Shown in pieces: positions 62,703 to 64,000 of a stretch of 64,000 nucleotides of DNA. Within the stretch, counting starts at the first letter, position 1. Each line of letters begins with the position of its first letter. A program made the position numbers and the translations under genes. Below the pieces are notes generated by a model. It was not told the origin of the DNA. It saw only the letters and a list, made by a program, of their open reading frames with translations, and did no database searches. The DNA comes from Microbotryum violaceum (Eukaryota): positions 1,364,001 to 1,428,000 of the forward strand of contig CDLV01000009.1 of the NCBI GenBank assembly GCA_001244265.2, read 5' to 3'.

Positions 62703-63251
62703 GGTTGGTGGGCTGGGTGCGGTGTAGTGGGTGGGTGCGGTCTCGGGCGGTGCGGTGGGTCGGTGAGGCCGGTGAGGCCGGTGAGGAGGTGGTTTGTTCG
62801 ATGACGAGCAGGCAGGGCGGGCACGCGCGAAGGCGGTGTGGAGTGGTTCGAGGTGGCTTGAGCTCAGGTACAAGTGTGGGTGGTGATCAATATTAGACGG
62901 TGCGTGAACGATACAATCCCGTTCGTGGATGTAGGCTGTGTGCAGGTGTGGATTGATGTGCTCAGCAATGACGAGACGGACGGAGTGAGACCCACCCGCT
63001 TCGAATAAGCCGTGAGCCTGTCAAGTCAGGTGACGAAAGCGGGAGAAAGCGGACGTAAGGCGGGACAACTTGGTTGCATCACGCATCGCGGCCAAAGCTA
63101 GCGTCGTTTCCTCAGCATACACCGCGAGTTTCCTCAAATTCAAAAAGGATGTTGAAGCGTTGATCACACGCTGCTCGAAATCAGTATCACTAGAACAAGT
63201 CGAGAAAGAGGGGACACTCGAGGTCGTGAGGAGAGCCCGGACACAAAAAAC

Positions 63252-63347
63252 TGACCAGAGTGGGATTTGAACCCACGCCCTTTCGGACTAGCGAGATCAC
63301 GTAAAACAACCTGAAGCTAGCTTCTTAGACCACTCGAACATCTGGCC
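63252..63347 (-). tRNA. tRNA-Leu(CAG) with a ~16-nt intron
   Basis: GGCCAGA/TCTGGTC acceptor stem with discriminator A; D-loop GAGTGGTCTAAG; CTAGC/GCTAG anticodon stem with loop TT-CAG-G; long variable arm; GTTCAAATCC T-loop; downstream T6 Pol III terminator. Confidence 0.93.
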
Positions 63348-63469
63348 ATTTCTTGGTAATGAAACCCGTTACGAACATAACACGTCACTTAACCTATAGA
63401 TTGACAACGACAAGTCACGTGACTTCAATCACAAAAAATCACACCCACTTTCACTCCCACTTTTCGAAG

Positions 63470-64000
63470 CTACAAGTGATACATCAGCCTACATTAGTTT
63501 CGGCTCTCAACGCCAATCGATCCATTCGAAACATCTTCGACTTTGCTCTCGACGTCACTTTGACCGTCCAAGGCGCCTCGAAGGCCTCTCCCGCGGACAA
63601 GGCCGATCTGCTTGGTTGCGTCACGAGACTGCTCTCCCCGCAATCGCCCCTGTGCTTCGACGCCGAGGTCACCCTTCCCGAGCACCTTGCGGCGTTTGCG
63701 CCCCAGATTAGGGGTATCCAACACTCGTCTTTCGTCAGGGCCGGTGTGGTCAACCACCGTATCTCCGTGGGATTCGTTTCGGCGAAGGCACGTGACTCGG
63801 CGCTTACGGCCCCACTGGCGCTTACTTGGCACTCTGCAAAGGCTCACTTCGCAAAGGCCCACCACTTCTACCACAACATGGTCGAGCTGCGTATCAACGT
63901 CGGTGTCGCAGCGGTCCCTCCAGGGATGCCATTGTTGACTCTTTTAAATCAATTGTCACCAAAATCACAGCCAAGGGATACCGTTGCGAGCTGGTACAAG
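63470..64000 (+). mobile_element. Intronless reading frame running off the window; possible degenerate retroelement ORF1
   Basis: Stop-free frame PTLVSALNANRSIRNIFDFALDVTL...RISVGFVSAKARDSALTAPL...MVELRINVGV with no upstream ATG and a probable frameshift near 63920. The RRM-like pattern is only suggestive. Confidence 0.3.

Noticed and set aside
63252-63347. CAG-anticodon tRNA as a sign of CUG codon reassignment (Ser/Ala)
   Set aside because: Discriminator A73, U33 and G37 fit an ordinary tRNA-Leu, and CTG codons translate sensibly as Leu in conserved genes here.

Overview
Gene-dense, intron-rich eukaryotic DNA, most consistent with a basidiomycete fungus (inferred from short GT-AG introns with CTRAC-type branch sites, gene content and KDZ transposon type). 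The conserved genes are ISY1, MTG1, a DSC2/UBAC2-like gene, a Zn2Cys6 transcription factor, STS1/Cut8, HAM1/ITPA, a hotdog thioesterase, a CBS-PB1 protein, ATG22, a BTG/Tob-family protein, a PMP47-like carrier, TLS1/C9orf78, BUD23, RPA43, a large coiled-coil protein, myosin II, SNF7 and an intron-containing tRNA-Leu(CAG). The main accessory feature is a complete ~9.46-kb Kyakuja-Dileera-Zisupton (KDZ) DNA transposon at 4768-14229. It has ~120-bp imperfect terminal inverted repeats, a 9-bp target-site duplication, a lesioned CxC-type transposase and a convergent companion gene, and it sits in the tiny divergent promoter between MTG1 and the DSC2-like gene. Other notable items are an uncharacterised coiled-coil protein with CC1-box and Spindly-like motifs (candidate dynein adaptor), a decayed local duplication at 39.4-44.2 kb, LINE debris and a 9-bp minisatellite. 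Exon boundaries were read by eye and are approximate, and no database searches were run.
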